Counted from the stretch's first letter, positions 11,067-20,677 are shown. The stretch is DNA of 64,000 bases from an uncultured Bdellovibrionales bacterium (GCA_964484195.1 CAZAER010000001.1:285510-349509); one strand, 5' to 3'. Numbers and translations are program-made. Notes: generated from the letters alone by a model not told the origin.

Positions 11067-12635
11067 GTGCACGACATCGTCCTCACTACCTTCAATGCCA
11101 AATACGCCCATGCATCCATGGGCCTACGGTGCCTCTTCGCCTCGCTGGGAGACCTGCAGCAGCGGACGGTCATCGACGAGGCGATCTGTGGTGACCGGCC
11201 CGTCGAAGTGGCGGAGAAGCTCCTCGCACACGGGCCCAAGATCATCGGTGTTGGCGTCTATGTGTGGAACGCCGCGGCGTCGCGCGAGCTGGTGACGTTG
11301 CTCAAGAAGATCGCTCCCGACGTGACCGTGGTGATCGGTGGACCCGAGGTGAGCCACGAGGTCGACCTGCAGCCCATCGTCGCGGCCTGCGACTATGTGG
11401 TGACGGGGGAGGGCGAAGATGCTTTCGCGAAGCTCTGCGCCGGTATTCTCTCGGGTGCGCCGCCGTCCGCAAAAACGCACAACGGCGGTCTTCCCGATCT
11501 CGCGACGCTGCCTCTGCCGTACGCCTACTACGACGACGAAGACGTCGCGCATCGGGTGGTCTACGTCGAGGCATCGCGTGGCTGTCCGTTCACCTGCGAG
11601 TTTTGCCTCTCGTCGCTCGATGAACGGGTGCGCAATGTCCCGCTCGACCGCTTGTTCCCGGAGCTCGAGAGGTTGATGTCGCGCGGGGTCGACCATTTCA
11701 AGTTCATCGACCGCACTTTCAACCTCAAGCCCGCGGTGAGCAGCTCCATCCTCGAGTTCTTCCTCGAGCGCTACCGGCCCGGGGCGTTTGTTCATTTCGA
11801 GATGGTCCCGGACCGCCTGCCCGACAGCCTCCGCACCTTGCTCGCGCGCTTTCCGGCCGGCGCCGTGCAGCTCGAGGTCGGGGTGCAGACCTTCAACGAC
11901 GAGGTCGCTGCCCGCATTGGCCGGCGCCAGGATGTCGCCAAGCTCGAGGCGAACTTCCGTTTTCTGCGCGAGCACACGGGCGTCCACGTGCACGCCGATT
12001 TGATTGCCGGCCTGCCCGGAGAAACCTTCGCCAGCTTCGCGGCCGGCTTCGACCGCTTGCTCGCGCTCGGACCGCAAGAGATCCAGGTCGGCATCCTGAA
12101 GCGCCTGCGCGGCGCACCGATCGCTCGCCACACGGAAAGCCACCGCATGGTCTACGCCGAAGAGGCGCCGTACGAGGTGCTGTCCACGGACGTCATCGAC
12201 TTCATCACCATGCAGCGCCTCAAACGCTTCGCGAAGGTTTGGGATGCAGTCGGTAATAGCGGACAGTTTCTCGAGAGCCGCGCCTTGTTGTGGGGCAGCG
12301 ATTCTCCATTCGCGGCGGTCATGCAGCTCGCCGACCGCGCCCACCGCGAGCTGGGGCGAACGCACGCCATTAGCCTGGAACGCTGGTTTTCCTTGGTCTT
12401 TGCGTTCCTCACCGAAGAGAAGGGCGTGGCGCCACGGGAGGCGGGAATTAAGTTACACGCCGACTACACCCGCTCCGGACGCAAGAAACTACGATGGCTG
12501 GCGGAGCTAGCGGACGGGGAGACACTCCGTCATGACGTTTCGAATGCTCCTGGGGAGCTAAAGCTGATCCAATCTGTGCCGCTGGAGAGTATGACGGGCT
12601 TGCCCCGACGTCAGGCGCGACATCGGAAGAGCTGA
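11067..12635 (+). CDS. B12-binding domain radical SAM protein (DUF4080-type C-terminus)
   Basis: GTG start. The N-terminal cobalamin-binding-like domain is followed by the radical SAM motif ASRGCPFTCEFC (CxxxCxxC). The overall architecture matches class B radical SAM enzymes. Confidence 0.8.
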   Translation: MHDIVLTTFNAKYAHASMGLRCLFASLGDLQQRTVIDEAICGDRPVEVAEKLLAHGPKIIGVGVYVWNAAASRELVTLLKKIAPDVTVVIGGPEVSHEVDLQPIVAACDYVVTGEGEDAFAKLCAGILSGAPPSAKTHNGGLPDLATLPLPYAYYDDEDVAHRVVYVEASRGCPFTCEFCLSSLDERVRNVPLDRLFPELERLMSRGVDHFKFIDRTFNLKPAVSSSILEFFLERYRPGAFVHFEMVPDRLPDSLRTLLARFPAGAVQLEVGVQTFNDEVAARIGRRQDVAKLEANFRFLREHTGVHVHADLIAGLPGETFASFAAGFDRLLALGPQEIQVGILKRLRGAPIARHTESHRMVYAEEAPYEVLSTDVIDFITMQRLKRFAKVWDAVGNSGQFLESRALLWGSDSPFAAVMQLADRAHRELGRTHAISLERWFSLVFAFLTEEKGVAPREAGIKLHADYTRSGRKKLRWLAELADGETLRHDVSNAPGELKLIQSVPLESMTGLPRRQARHRKS

Positions 12636-12720
12636 ATTTCAATTTTTTCCACTTTTGCGGCGGACGCATGGTACATAAGACCATTGAATCCGCAGTGAAA
12701 TCAGTGGGCCGGAATACCTA
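12636..12720 (+). promoter_or_regulatory. Locally AT-rich intergenic segment upstream of the hybrid receiver-kinase gene (candidate promoter)
   Basis: atttcaattttttccacttttgcgg...tacataagaccattgaatc stands out against a roughly 70% GC background. Confidence 0.3.
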
Positions 12721-13869
12721 ATGTTGGCAGAGCAGCGTGATCGCATCGGCCAGATTCTGGTCGTTGATGACAATCTGCAGAATCGCATGCTGGTCGAAGC
12801 GCACCTCGCGGCCGCGGGCTATGCAGTCACGCTCGCCGAGGATGGTGAGCAAGCTGTCGACATGTTTGTCCGTAACATGCCCGACGTCGTGCTGCTCGAT
12901 GTCGTAATGCCGAAGATGGACGGATTCGAGGCCTGCCGGCGGATGCGCGCCGTGCGTCACGGGGCCGAAGCCGCCATCGTGTTCCTCACGGCTCTGTCCG
13001 AGATGGGCGCTCACCAAGACGCCATGCAGGCGGGCGCCGACGACTTCCTCACCAAGCCGATCAATCGCACCGAGCTCCTGATGCGTGTGCGCTCGCTGGT
13101 GTGGATGAAGCGGCTCAAAGAAGGTCTGCGCAACGGCTACGACCTCATTCGCTCGCAGCGCGAAGCGCTCTTCGTGGCGCAGCGCCAGAAGGAAGAGACG
13201 ATCACGTACATCGTCCACGACCTGCAAAACCCGCTGGCCAGTGTGCTCGCCAACACCGAGTTCCTCATCGGCCAAGACTCGCTCTCACCCGATCTGCGCG
13301 ACGCGGGCTACGACATCCTCGAAGCCAGCCGTGCCATGCAACGCATGGTGCAGAACCTGCTCGACATCAGTCGCAGTGAAGACGGCGCCCTCGTGCCGAA
13401 TGCGCAGCCCATCGATCTCGCCGAGCTGGTGAAGACCATCGGCGTCGATATGACGTACCGGCTGAGCGAGAAGAAGCTCAAGCTCGAGACCGCGTTCGAA
13501 ACCCAAGACGCCAAAGTGAACGCCGACCCCGACTTGCTGCGGCGCTTGGTCGAGAACCTCCTCGACAACGCCTTCAAGTACTCGCCGCAAAACGGTGTCG
13601 TCGAGCTGAAAGCAAAGCTCGGTGAGGGCGACTCGGTGGAGTTCCGAGTCATCGATCACGGCATCGGCATCCCCGAAGAGATGCGCGAGCAAGTGTTCGA
13701 GAAGTACGTGCGGCTCGAGCGTGAAGCGACCCGCGGCCGCCGTGCAGGCAGAGGCCTCGGACTCGCGTTCTGTCGACTCGCGGTCGAGGTCCATGGTGGC
13801 CGGATCTGGGTCGAAGCGGCCGAGCCTACCGGTGCGGCTTTCTGTGTGCGATTACCTCGCGCGAAGTGA
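12721..13869 (+). CDS. Hybrid signal-transduction protein: N-terminal receiver domain fused to a histidine kinase (HisKA + HATPase_c)
   Basis: Receiver domain with acidic pocket and VVLLDVVMPKMDG (phospho-Asp). H-box ITYIVHDLQNPL. ATPase G-boxes (IDHGIGIP, GRGLGLA). Confidence 0.8.
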   Translation: MLAEQRDRIGQILVVDDNLQNRMLVEAHLAAAGYAVTLAEDGEQAVDMFVRNMPDVVLLDVVMPKMDGFEACRRMRAVRHGAEAAIVFLTALSEMGAHQDAMQAGADDFLTKPINRTELLMRVRSLVWMKRLKEGLRNGYDLIRSQREALFVAQRQKEETITYIVHDLQNPLASVLANTEFLIGQDSLSPDLRDAGYDILEASRAMQRMVQNLLDISRSEDGALVPNAQPIDLAELVKTIGVDMTYRLSEKKLKLETAFETQDAKVNADPDLLRRLVENLLDNAFKYSPQNGVVELKAKLGEGDSVEFRVIDHGIGIPEEMREQVFEKYVRLEREATRGRRAGRGLGLAFCRLAVEVHGGRIWVEAAEPTGAAFCVRLPRAK

Positions 13870-14576
13870 AGAAGCGCAAGCGCGTTCGCACCATCGTGCT
13901 CCTCGTCGTCGCTGGCGTCGTCGCCTTCGCAGCGGTGGACTATCTGCGCTTGCCCTCGGTCGCGAAGATTGGCGAGCTCGCGAAGACCCGTCCGAAGACC
14001 ACCGCGCTCATGGACCTGCGCAAGGAGCAGGCGGCGGCCCAGGGTAAGAAGTACGCGGCGCGCTCGTCGTGGATCTCGCTGCGCGACATCAGCGAGCACC
14101 TGGTGCACGCGGTGATCACAACCGAGGATGGCGGCTTCTTCCAGCACGAGGGCGTCGACTGGGAAGAGCTCAAGATCTCGGTGCAGCACGACCTCGAAGA
14201 AGGCGAGGCGCTGCGTGGCGCGAGCACCATCACTCAGCAGCTCGCCAAGAACCTCTATCTCAACCCGAGCCGCTCGCCGCTGCGCAAGCTGCGTGAAATG
14301 GTCATCGCCCATCGCCTGGAGGAAGCGCTCAGCAAGTCGCGCATCCTCGAGCTGTACTTGAACCTCATCGAGTGGGGCCCGGGCGTCTACGGCTGCGAGC
14401 TGGCGGCGCAAAGCGCGTTCGGGAAGTCGGCGGCGGAGCTGACCCGCGAGGAAGCTGCGGCGATGGCGGCGGTCATCGCCAGTCCGCTAAAGCACCGCGC
14501 GAGCAACATCGAGGATCGGTTCGTGGTCCGGCGCACCACGATGATCCTCGGCCGCATGGCGGGACGCGGGTGGTGA
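13866..14576 (+). CDS. mtgA: Monofunctional biosynthetic peptidoglycan transglycosylase (GT51)
   Basis: N-terminal TM anchor. GT51 motifs EDGGFFQHEGVD, GASTITQQLAKNLYL and RKLREMVIA. The GTG start overlaps the upstream stop (GTGA). Confidence 0.8.
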   Translation: MKKRKRVRTIVLLVVAGVVAFAAVDYLRLPSVAKIGELAKTRPKTTALMDLRKEQAAAQGKKYAARSSWISLRDISEHLVHAVITTEDGGFFQHEGVDWEELKISVQHDLEEGEALRGASTITQQLAKNLYLNPSRSPLRKLREMVIAHRLEEALSKSRILELYLNLIEWGPGVYGCELAAQSAFGKSAAELTREEAAAMAAVIASPLKHRASNIEDRFVVRRTTMILGRMAGRGW

Positions 14577-14623
14577 CATCTCTCCAGACTGCCTTAGCTT
14601 AGGCGGTCTCGGGAGGGGGAGCC

Positions 14624-15040
14624 ATGGTTACTCTGCTACGACAAGTGATGACGCGGGACCCGATCATTCTGCGAGCCAAGGATTCGGTGCGCTCGGCCGC
14701 GCAATGCATGCGCGACAACGACATCGGATCGGTGCTGGTGCAGGAGGACGGAAGTTACGGAATCGTCACCGACCGCGACATCGTCCTGCGTGCCGTTGCC
14801 GACGATCGCGACGCCGCGACCACCCAGCTCGGTGACATTTGCACCCACGAGCTGTGCATGATGAGCGCCGACACGTTGATCGACGATGCGGTGCAGCTCA
14901 TGCGCGAGCGCAGTGTCCGCCGCCTGGTGATCATCGAAGGCACCCAGCCCGTGGGCGTGGTGTCGCTCGGCGACCTGGCGATGGAGCGTGACCCGTCGTC
15001 GTGCCTCGCTGACATCAGCGCGGCGCCTGCGCAGCACTAG
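14624..15040 (+). CDS. CBS domain pair protein
   Basis: Two CBS repeats (DIGSVLVQEDGSYGIVTDRDIV and VRRLVIIEGTQPVGVVSLGDL). Confidence 0.7.
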   Translation: MVTLLRQVMTRDPIILRAKDSVRSAAQCMRDNDIGSVLVQEDGSYGIVTDRDIVLRAVADDRDAATTQLGDICTHELCMMSADTLIDDAVQLMRERSVRRLVIIEGTQPVGVVSLGDLAMERDPSSCLADISAAPAQH

Positions 15041-15121
15041 CTGCGCAGGCTGTGCGCTGTAGCGCGTATTACGCGGCTCCGCCGCTAGAGGGCCGCGTCC
15101 GTCGCGGCCGCCCGTTCAGCA
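15027..15121. terminator. Cluster of GC-rich hairpins between the convergent CBS gene and speA (candidate bidirectional terminator)
   Basis: Perfect palindrome CTGCGCAG-cactag-CTGCGCAG (15027-15048) spanning the CBS stop codon. CGCGTA-t-TACGCG hairpin (15063-15075). GGCCGCG-tccgt-CGCGGCC (15091-15109). No U-tract. Confidence 0.35.
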
Positions 15122-17044
15122 TTAGCCTTCTTCGAGATACGTGTAGCCCGCGAGAGCGTCCTCGAACCGTTTGCGGAAGAGGGCGGACTCCTGGAGCTCG
15201 AGCTTGCCGGTGCGCAGCGCCTGTTCGGTCAGGTCGCGCAAGCGCCGCATGAGCTCGGGCTTCTCGTACTGCACGTAGCTCAGCACCTCGGTGACGCTGT
15301 CGCCTTCGACGATCTCGACGATGCGGTAGCCGTGCTGCTGGTCGAGGGTCACGTGGATGGCGGTCGTGTCACCGAAGAGGTTGTGCAAGTCGCCCAGGAT
15401 CTCCTGGTAGGCGCCCACCAAGAACATGCCGATGTAATACGGCTGCCCGTTCGGCGGGTGCAGCTCGAGCACCTCTTTGACATCGTGCAGGTCGATGAAC
15501 TGGTCGACCTTGCCGTCGCTGTCGCAGGTGATGTCCGCCAAAACGGCGCGCCGCGTCGGTTTCTCGCGCAGGCGGTGGATTGGCATGGTGGGGAAGAGCT
15601 GCTTCACGGCCCAGTGGTCGGGGGCCGATTGGAAGACCGAGAAGTTGCAGTAGAAGGTGTCCGCCATCGCCTTCTGCAGGCCCGCGACTTCGTCGGGCAC
15701 GTGCGACGCGGCTTCTTGCACGATCTTCAGGATCTTGTCGCAGCAAGCCCAGAAATAGCGCTCGGCTTTGGCGCGGCCGGCGAGGTCGAGATAACCCAAG
15801 GTGAAGAGGCTGACCGCCTGTTCCTTGTGGTCGACCGCGTCGTGATACTGCTCGACGAAGTTCTTGCGGGTGATGTTGCGCCAGATCTCGGCGAGGTCGC
15901 GCACGCTCTCGTGGTCTTCGTCGGTGATGCTGGGCAGCTCGGTCGACGGGACGACCTCGTTGACGCCGAGGACGTTGAACACGAGCACCGCGTGGTGGGC
16001 CACGAGAGCGCGGCCCGACTCACTGACGATGTCGGGGTGCGGGATGTTGCGCTCGTCGCAAGCCGTTTGGATCTGCGCCACCACGTCGTTCGCGTACTCT
16101 TGCAAGGAGTAGTTGGTGGACGAGTGGAAGTTGGTCTGCGAGCCGTCGTAGTCGACGCCGAGGCCGCCACCGACGTCGATGTACTTCATGCTGGCGCCGA
16201 GCGCCGAGAGCTCGACGAAGATGCGCGTCGCTTCCTGTAGCGCGTCTTTGTGAGCGCGGATGGCGGTGATCTGCGAGCCGATGTGGAAGTGCAAGAGCTC
16301 GAGGCAATCGAGCATCTCGACGTCGCGTAAACGCGTCACCGCCTGCATGAGCTCCGTCGCCGACAGACCGAACTTGCTGCGGTCGCCGGTCGACTCCACC
16401 CACTTGCCGGCGCCCTTGGTCGCGAGACGCGCGCGCACACCGATGTGCGGTCGGATGCCGAGGCGCTTCGAGACGTTGATGATCATCTCGATCTCTTCGA
16501 AGCGGTCGACGACGATGATCGGATTGCGGTTGAGCTTCTGCGCGAGCAGCGCGGTCTCGATGTACTCGACGTCTTTGTAGCCGTTGCAGATGATCAACGA
16601 CTCGGCGTTGTCGAGGAGCGAGAGCACCACGAGGAGCTCGGGCTTGCTGCCGGCCTCGAGGCCCAAACCGAGCGGCGAGCCATAACGAATGAGCTCTTCG
16701 ACGACGTGACGCTGCTGGTTGACCTTGATGGGATACACACCGCGATAGCGGCCTTTGTATCCGTATTCCTTGATGGCGGTCCCGAACGAACCGAAGATCT
16801 GCTTGACGCGGTGGTCGAGGATGTCGCTGAAGCGGAGCAGCACCGGCGCGCTGTAGCCGCGCTGCTCGATGTCTTTCATCAGGTCGATGAGCGCGACGCG
16901 GAGGTTCGGGTGCTCGGTGCTCTGCAGCTGCAGATTCCCGTCATCACCGATGCTGAAGTAGCCCTGGCCCCAGGGGCGGACTTGGTAAAGCTCTGCGCTA
17001 TCGGCGACGGTCCACGGACGAAGGTCCGGCTGCGAAATTTTCAT
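15122..17044 (-). CDS. speA: Biosynthetic arginine decarboxylase (PLP-dependent, alanine-racemase fold, about 640 aa)
   Basis: Full-length colinear similarity to SpeA, including YPIKVNQQRHVVEELI, IICNGYKD, HFHIGSQ, GGGLGVDYDG and the C-terminal domain. Confidence 0.9.
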   Translation of the reverse strand: MKISQPDLRPWTVADSAELYQVRPWGQGYFSIGDDGNLQLQSTEHPNLRVALIDLMKDIEQRGYSAPVLLRFSDILDHRVKQIFGSFGTAIKEYGYKGRYRGVYPIKVNQQRHVVEELIRYGSPLGLGLEAGSKPELLVVLSLLDNAESLIICNGYKDVEYIETALLAQKLNRNPIIVVDRFEEIEMIINVSKRLGIRPHIGVRARLATKGAGKWVESTGDRSKFGLSATELMQAVTRLRDVEMLDCLELLHFHIGSQITAIRAHKDALQEATRIFVELSALGASMKYIDVGGGLGVDYDGSQTNFHSSTNYSLQEYANDVVAQIQTACDERNIPHPDIVSESGRALVAHHAVLVFNVLGVNEVVPSTELPSITDEDHESVRDLAEIWRNITRKNFVEQYHDAVDHKEQAVSLFTLGYLDLAGRAKAERYFWACCDKILKIVQEAASHVPDEVAGLQKAMADTFYCNFSVFQSAPDHWAVKQLFPTMPIHRLREKPTRRAVLADITCDSDGKVDQFIDLHDVKEVLELHPPNGQPYYIGMFLVGAYQEILGDLHNLFGDTTAIHVTLDQQHGYRIVEIVEGDSVTEVLSYVQYEKPELMRRLRDLTEQALRTGKLELQESALFRKRFEDALAGYTYLEEG

Positions 17045-17103
17045 GTTCGTGAGCGCCCGCTATCACACTGAACGCGAGTCGTCAGCAGGATAGCACGTCG
17101 TTT

Positions 17104-17616
17104 TTAGGTTCCAGGGACCAGCACGGTGTCGATGACGTGGATGACGCCGTTCGACGCCATGACGTCTGGCTGCACCACTGTCGCGTTGTTCACCTTCACG
17201 CCGGAAGAGGTGTCGATGTTGAGCGCCGGGCCGGCCATCGTCGTGGCGCTGCTCATGCCGGCGACGTCGCGCGCGCTCACGCGACCAGCGACCACGTGGT
17301 ACGCGAGGATGGTGCGCAGCTTCTCCTTGTCCTGCATGAGAGCCTGGAGCTGATCCGGTGGCAGCTTCGCGAAGGCCTCGTCGGTCGGCGCGAACACCGT
17401 GAACGGGCCCGGACCCTTGAGCGTCGACATCAGGTCGGCGGCTTTGATCGCCGAGACCAGCGTCGAGAACGCGCCGGCGCTCTCCGCGGTGTCGACGACG
17501 TCCTTCTGCGTGAGCATGTCGCCGGTGGTGCCGGCTTGCGCGGGCTCGGCGCTCTGGCCGCTGCCGCAGGCGATGAGGGAGGCGAAGGCGAGAGAGCCAA
17601 TCAGTGTCTTCAGCAT
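17104..17616 (-). CDS. Fasciclin (FAS1) domain lipoprotein
   Basis: MLKTLIGSLAFASLIACGSG is a signal peptide with lipobox. A FAS1 domain follows (FTVFAPTDEAF...LAYHVV...NGVIHVIDTVL). The ORF-track start at 17667 adds 17 unlikely residues. Confidence 0.7.
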   Translation of the reverse strand: MLKTLIGSLAFASLIACGSGQSAEPAQAGTTGDMLTQKDVVDTAESAGAFSTLVSAIKAADLMSTLKGPGPFTVFAPTDEAFAKLPPDQLQALMQDKEKLRTILAYHVVAGRVSARDVAGMSSATTMAGPALNIDTSSGVKVNNATVVQPDVMASNGVIHVIDTVLVPGT

Positions 17617-17682
17617 GGAGAGACAACTCCCCCAGAACGGCGTGCAAAGAAAGACCCCGCTCTGCAACGTTTTTGTAACAGC

Positions 17683-18804
17683 CTAGAGCGGCGTGGTGGC
17701 CCGACTCAGACGATCGACGATGGCGAGCAGCACGCCGCTCGCCTTTGGGAGGGGCTCGGCAACCAGCAACGCAGCACCGGTGCTATCGAGCAGACGAAGG
17801 GTGCGGAAGAGGTTACGCGCGGCTTCGTTCGGGTCACCGCTCGGCGACAGACTGTGAGCGAGCACGTCTCGTCCCGTGAGCTCGCGCAGACGCGTGGCGG
17901 CGCCACGTGCGTCGCCGAGCACGCAAATGAGAGCGATGGGGCCTTCGACGCCGCGCACGAGCTCCACGAGGCGGGTCGCGGCATCGTCCGCTAAAGAGGA
18001 CACGACGGTGGGCAGGCGGATGAAGCGCTTTGCTGGGGCGTAGTGGCGCTCGAGCATGCCGGGCGACGCCTGTGGCTTGAGCGCCGCGTTGGGCTTGGCG
18101 ACAGCGAGAGACTCCGAGAGGGTCGTCTCGAGGCGCTCCTGCGTGATGCTGCCCGGCCGGAGGATCAGCGGCGGATCGCCCACCGACACCACCGCGCTCT
18201 CGATGCCGACGTGTGCCGGGCCACCGTCGAGAATCAGGTCGACGCGTCCCCCTAGCTCCTCGAGCACGTGCGCCGCGGTGGTGGGGCTGATGCGTCCGAA
18301 GCGGTTGGCGCTCGGGGCCGCGAGCGGCTGCTTCACCGTGGTCAGGAGGTCTTGCGCCACAGGGTGCCCCGGGCAACGGATGGCGACGGTGTCGAGGCCG
18401 CTGGTGACGAGGTCGGGGACTTTCGGACCGCGCGGGACGACGAGCGTGAGTGGTCCGGGCCAGAAGGCCTTCGCCAACGTGTTCAAGCGCTCGCGAGCTT
18501 TGGCGGAAAGGAGGCTCGGGTCGAGGAGGCCGAGCTCGGCGAGATGGACGTCGGCATCGCCGGGTGGCGTTGGCACGTGGACGATGAGTGGGTCGAAGGT
18601 CGGCCGCTCCTTCACCGTGAAGATGGTGGCGAGCGCGACCTCGTCGAATGCGACCCCGGCGAGGCCATAGACGGTCTCGGTTGGGATGGCGACGACACGG
18701 GAGCGCAAGAGCGCCTCGGCGGCGGCCGTAAGATTCTCGGGCGTCGGCGTGAGAATGCTGGTCACGGGAGCCCCGAAGTCTACGCAAGGCCGGCCGCTTG
18801 GCAA
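17683..18804 (-). CDS. tsaC: L-threonylcarbamoyladenylate synthase (Sua5/YrdC domain plus Sua5 C-terminal domain)
   Basis: VAIPTETVYGLAG and ERPTFDPLIVHV are YrdC/Sua5 hallmarks. The 373 aa length matches the two-domain Sua5 form. The exact start is uncertain. Confidence 0.8.
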   Translation of the reverse strand: MPSGRPCVDFGAPVTSILTPTPENLTAAAEALLRSRVVAIPTETVYGLAGVAFDEVALATIFTVKERPTFDPLIVHVPTPPGDADVHLAELGLLDPSLLSAKARERLNTLAKAFWPGPLTLVVPRGPKVPDLVTSGLDTVAIRCPGHPVAQDLLTTVKQPLAAPSANRFGRISPTTAAHVLEELGGRVDLILDGGPAHVGIESAVVSVGDPPLILRPGSITQERLETTLSESLAVAKPNAALKPQASPGMLERHYAPAKRFIRLPTVVSSLADDAATRLVELVRGVEGPIALICVLGDARGAATRLRELTGRDVLAHSLSPSGDPNEAARNLFRTLRLLDSTGAALLVAEPLPKASGVLLAIVDRLSRATTPL

Positions 18805-19625
18805 GGACCTTGCGGCGCTCTAAGAGCTTTGACGTGAGTCAGGTAGCCACCATCGACGTGTTGCGCGTGGGCGAGGGGAGTCGGCCGGATTGCGTCGCGC
18901 TCGAAGGACCGCTCGCCATTCAAGTGCAGGCGCGCACCATCGCCGTGGTGATGCGGACGCCCGGGCACGACGAAGAGCTCGCGGTCGGTTTCTTGCGTGG
19001 CGAGGGAGTGGTTCGATCGAAGGCTGAGATTGCTTCCGTGCATCACTGCTCGGAGCGCGACGCCGACGATGTCGTGCGCGTGCTGCTCGCCCAAGGAAAC
19101 ACGATCGATTTCGCGGCCCTCACGCGGAACGTTTACGCGACCTCGAGCTGCGGCGTGTGCGGCAAGGCCAGCATCGAGGCGGCGATGGCGTGCGCGGCGC
19201 CTCTCACGTCTGACGTAAGGTTCGATCCGCAAATGCTCGCGAATGCCCCCGATGTGTTGCGACGCGAGCAGCAGCTGTTCGAGCTGTCCGGCGGCGTGCA
19301 CGGCGCCGCCTTGATGACGCGCGATGGGTCCGTTCTAGCGGTGCGCGAGGACGTCGGCCGACACAACGCCGTCGACAAGCTCATGGGCTGGGCGCTGCTC
19401 GCCGGCCGGGCTCTCGACGAGACCGTCCTCGTGGTCTCCGGACGGGTGGCTTTCGAGATCGTCCAGAAGGCGCTCGCGGCGCGCGTGCCCGCCGTGGTCG
19501 CAGTGTCCGCTCCGACGTCCTTGGCGGTGGACTTGGCAAGGCGCTCGGGCATGTTGCTCGCAGGGTTCGTCCGCGAGGGCCGGATGAACGTCTACGCGGG
19601 CGCGGAACGGTTGAGCGACCGTTGA
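18798..19625 (+). CDS. fdhD: Formate dehydrogenase accessory sulfurtransferase FdhD
   Basis: SSCGVCGKASIE (catalytic Cys loop) and GRHNAVDKLMG are FdhD hallmarks. The start could be the GTG near 18831 rather than 18798. Confidence 0.8.
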   Translation: MARTLRRSKSFDVSQVATIDVLRVGEGSRPDCVALEGPLAIQVQARTIAVVMRTPGHDEELAVGFLRGEGVVRSKAEIASVHHCSERDADDVVRVLLAQGNTIDFAALTRNVYATSSCGVCGKASIEAAMACAAPLTSDVRFDPQMLANAPDVLRREQQLFELSGGVHGAALMTRDGSVLAVREDVGRHNAVDKLMGWALLAGRALDETVLVVSGRVAFEIVQKALAARVPAVVAVSAPTSLAVDLARRSGMLLAGFVREGRMNVYAGAERLSDR

Positions 19626-19751
19626 GGAAGGCAGAGCGCCCGACCGTCACCCGGTCGAGTGCGTGTCTGTTCCGTCAACGGTGCCACGCAGGTAAACAAC
19701 GCGCGGTCTCGGCCAGCCGAAAAGTCTCCACCATCAATCAGGGAGATCTCC

Positions 19752-20135
19752 GTGAAGACCACCGAATACGCGACCCTCGCCGCCGCCCAGAAAGCCCAGG
19801 CCTTCGATGCCCTCATGGCGAAGACAGGTGAGCACATCGCTCGCACCGGCCAGAAGCCGAGCGTCCTGGGGCTCAACCAGGCGGACCTGCAGAGCGCCGA
19901 CCGCTATGTGACAGCGTGCATGGCGAGCGAGCTGCGGACCGTCGCCATCGGCACGATCCCCGTGCAGCTCGACGCCGCGAAGTTCTCGACCAGCATGGCC
20001 CAGCTCGGCGCGTACATGGCGACGAACGGCATCGCGAACATCACCTTCGCCGATCCCGAGAAGGCTCTCTCTGGTGGTTTCCCCGCCGGGAGCGTCATCG
20101 GTGCGGCGATCGAAGCGGCTATGAACAGCCGCTAA
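19752..20135 (+). CDS. Hypothetical protein (127 aa)
   Basis: GTG at 19752 is preceded by AGGGAG with a good spacing. The ORF-track ATG at 19659 lacks an RBS. No known motif. Confidence 0.4.
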   Translation: MKTTEYATLAAAQKAQAFDALMAKTGEHIARTGQKPSVLGLNQADLQSADRYVTACMASELRTVAIGTIPVQLDAAKFSTSMAQLGAYMATNGIANITFADPEKALSGGFPAGSVIGAAIEAAMNSR

Positions 20136-20143
20136 CACGCGCT

Positions 20144-20677
20144 TCAGCGACCCGCAGCGCGCACGTGGCTCACGCACCAGGTGCGCGCGTCGCCGTACTC
20201 GTCGTCGGGGCCGCCGTCGATGAAGTGTTGGCAAGCGTCGGCGACGTCGTCACTGCGGCCCAAGCGATCGGCCAAGCGCGCGACGCCGAAGAGCGCCGGC
20301 TTGTACGAGCCGTTGCTGAAGCGGACGGCTTCGGCGTAGGCATCGTACGCGTCGTTGATGAGCTCGCGCTTCTCGAAGAACTGCGCCAAGCGGTAGCGTG
20401 ACTCGGGGTCGATGCCGTTGTCTTCACCGGCGACGGCTCGTTGGTCGTTGCACTGGATGGCAGCGCGCAGGTTGTCGTCGCACTCTTTGCACTCGCCGTC
20501 GGCGCGGGCAGCGACGCAGGCGGTGACGGCATCGTCACAAGCGCCATGCGCAAGATACTCGCTGCACCACGCACGTGCATCGGCGCTCGACAGCTCGGTC
20601 GGCCGCGTCGGGCGTGGCGTCGCGGCAGAGCAGGCAAGCCCGGCGAGGAAAGCTGTGATGGTGCAGATGCGGGTCAC
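20144..20677 (-). CDS. Cys-rich lipoprotein, hypothetical
   Basis: MTRICTITAFLAGLACSA is a signal peptide plus lipobox. Paired Cys motifs are present (CDDAVTAC, CKECDDNLRAAIQC). Confidence 0.55.
   Translation of the reverse strand: MTRICTITAFLAGLACSAATPRPTRPTELSSADARAWCSEYLAHGACDDAVTACVAARADGECKECDDNLRAAIQCNDQRAVAGEDNGIDPESRYRLAQFFEKRELINDAYDAYAEAVRFSNGSYKPALFGVARLADRLGRSDDVADACQHFIDGGPDDEYGDARTWCVSHVRAAGR

Noticed and set aside
11124-12365. 413 aa minus-strand ORF opposite the radical SAM gene
   Set aside because: Antisense artefact. The plus-strand gene has the CxxxCxxC motif.
15332-16240. 302 aa plus-strand ORF opposite speA
   Set aside because: Antisense artefact with Val/Asp/Gly-rich repetitive translation.
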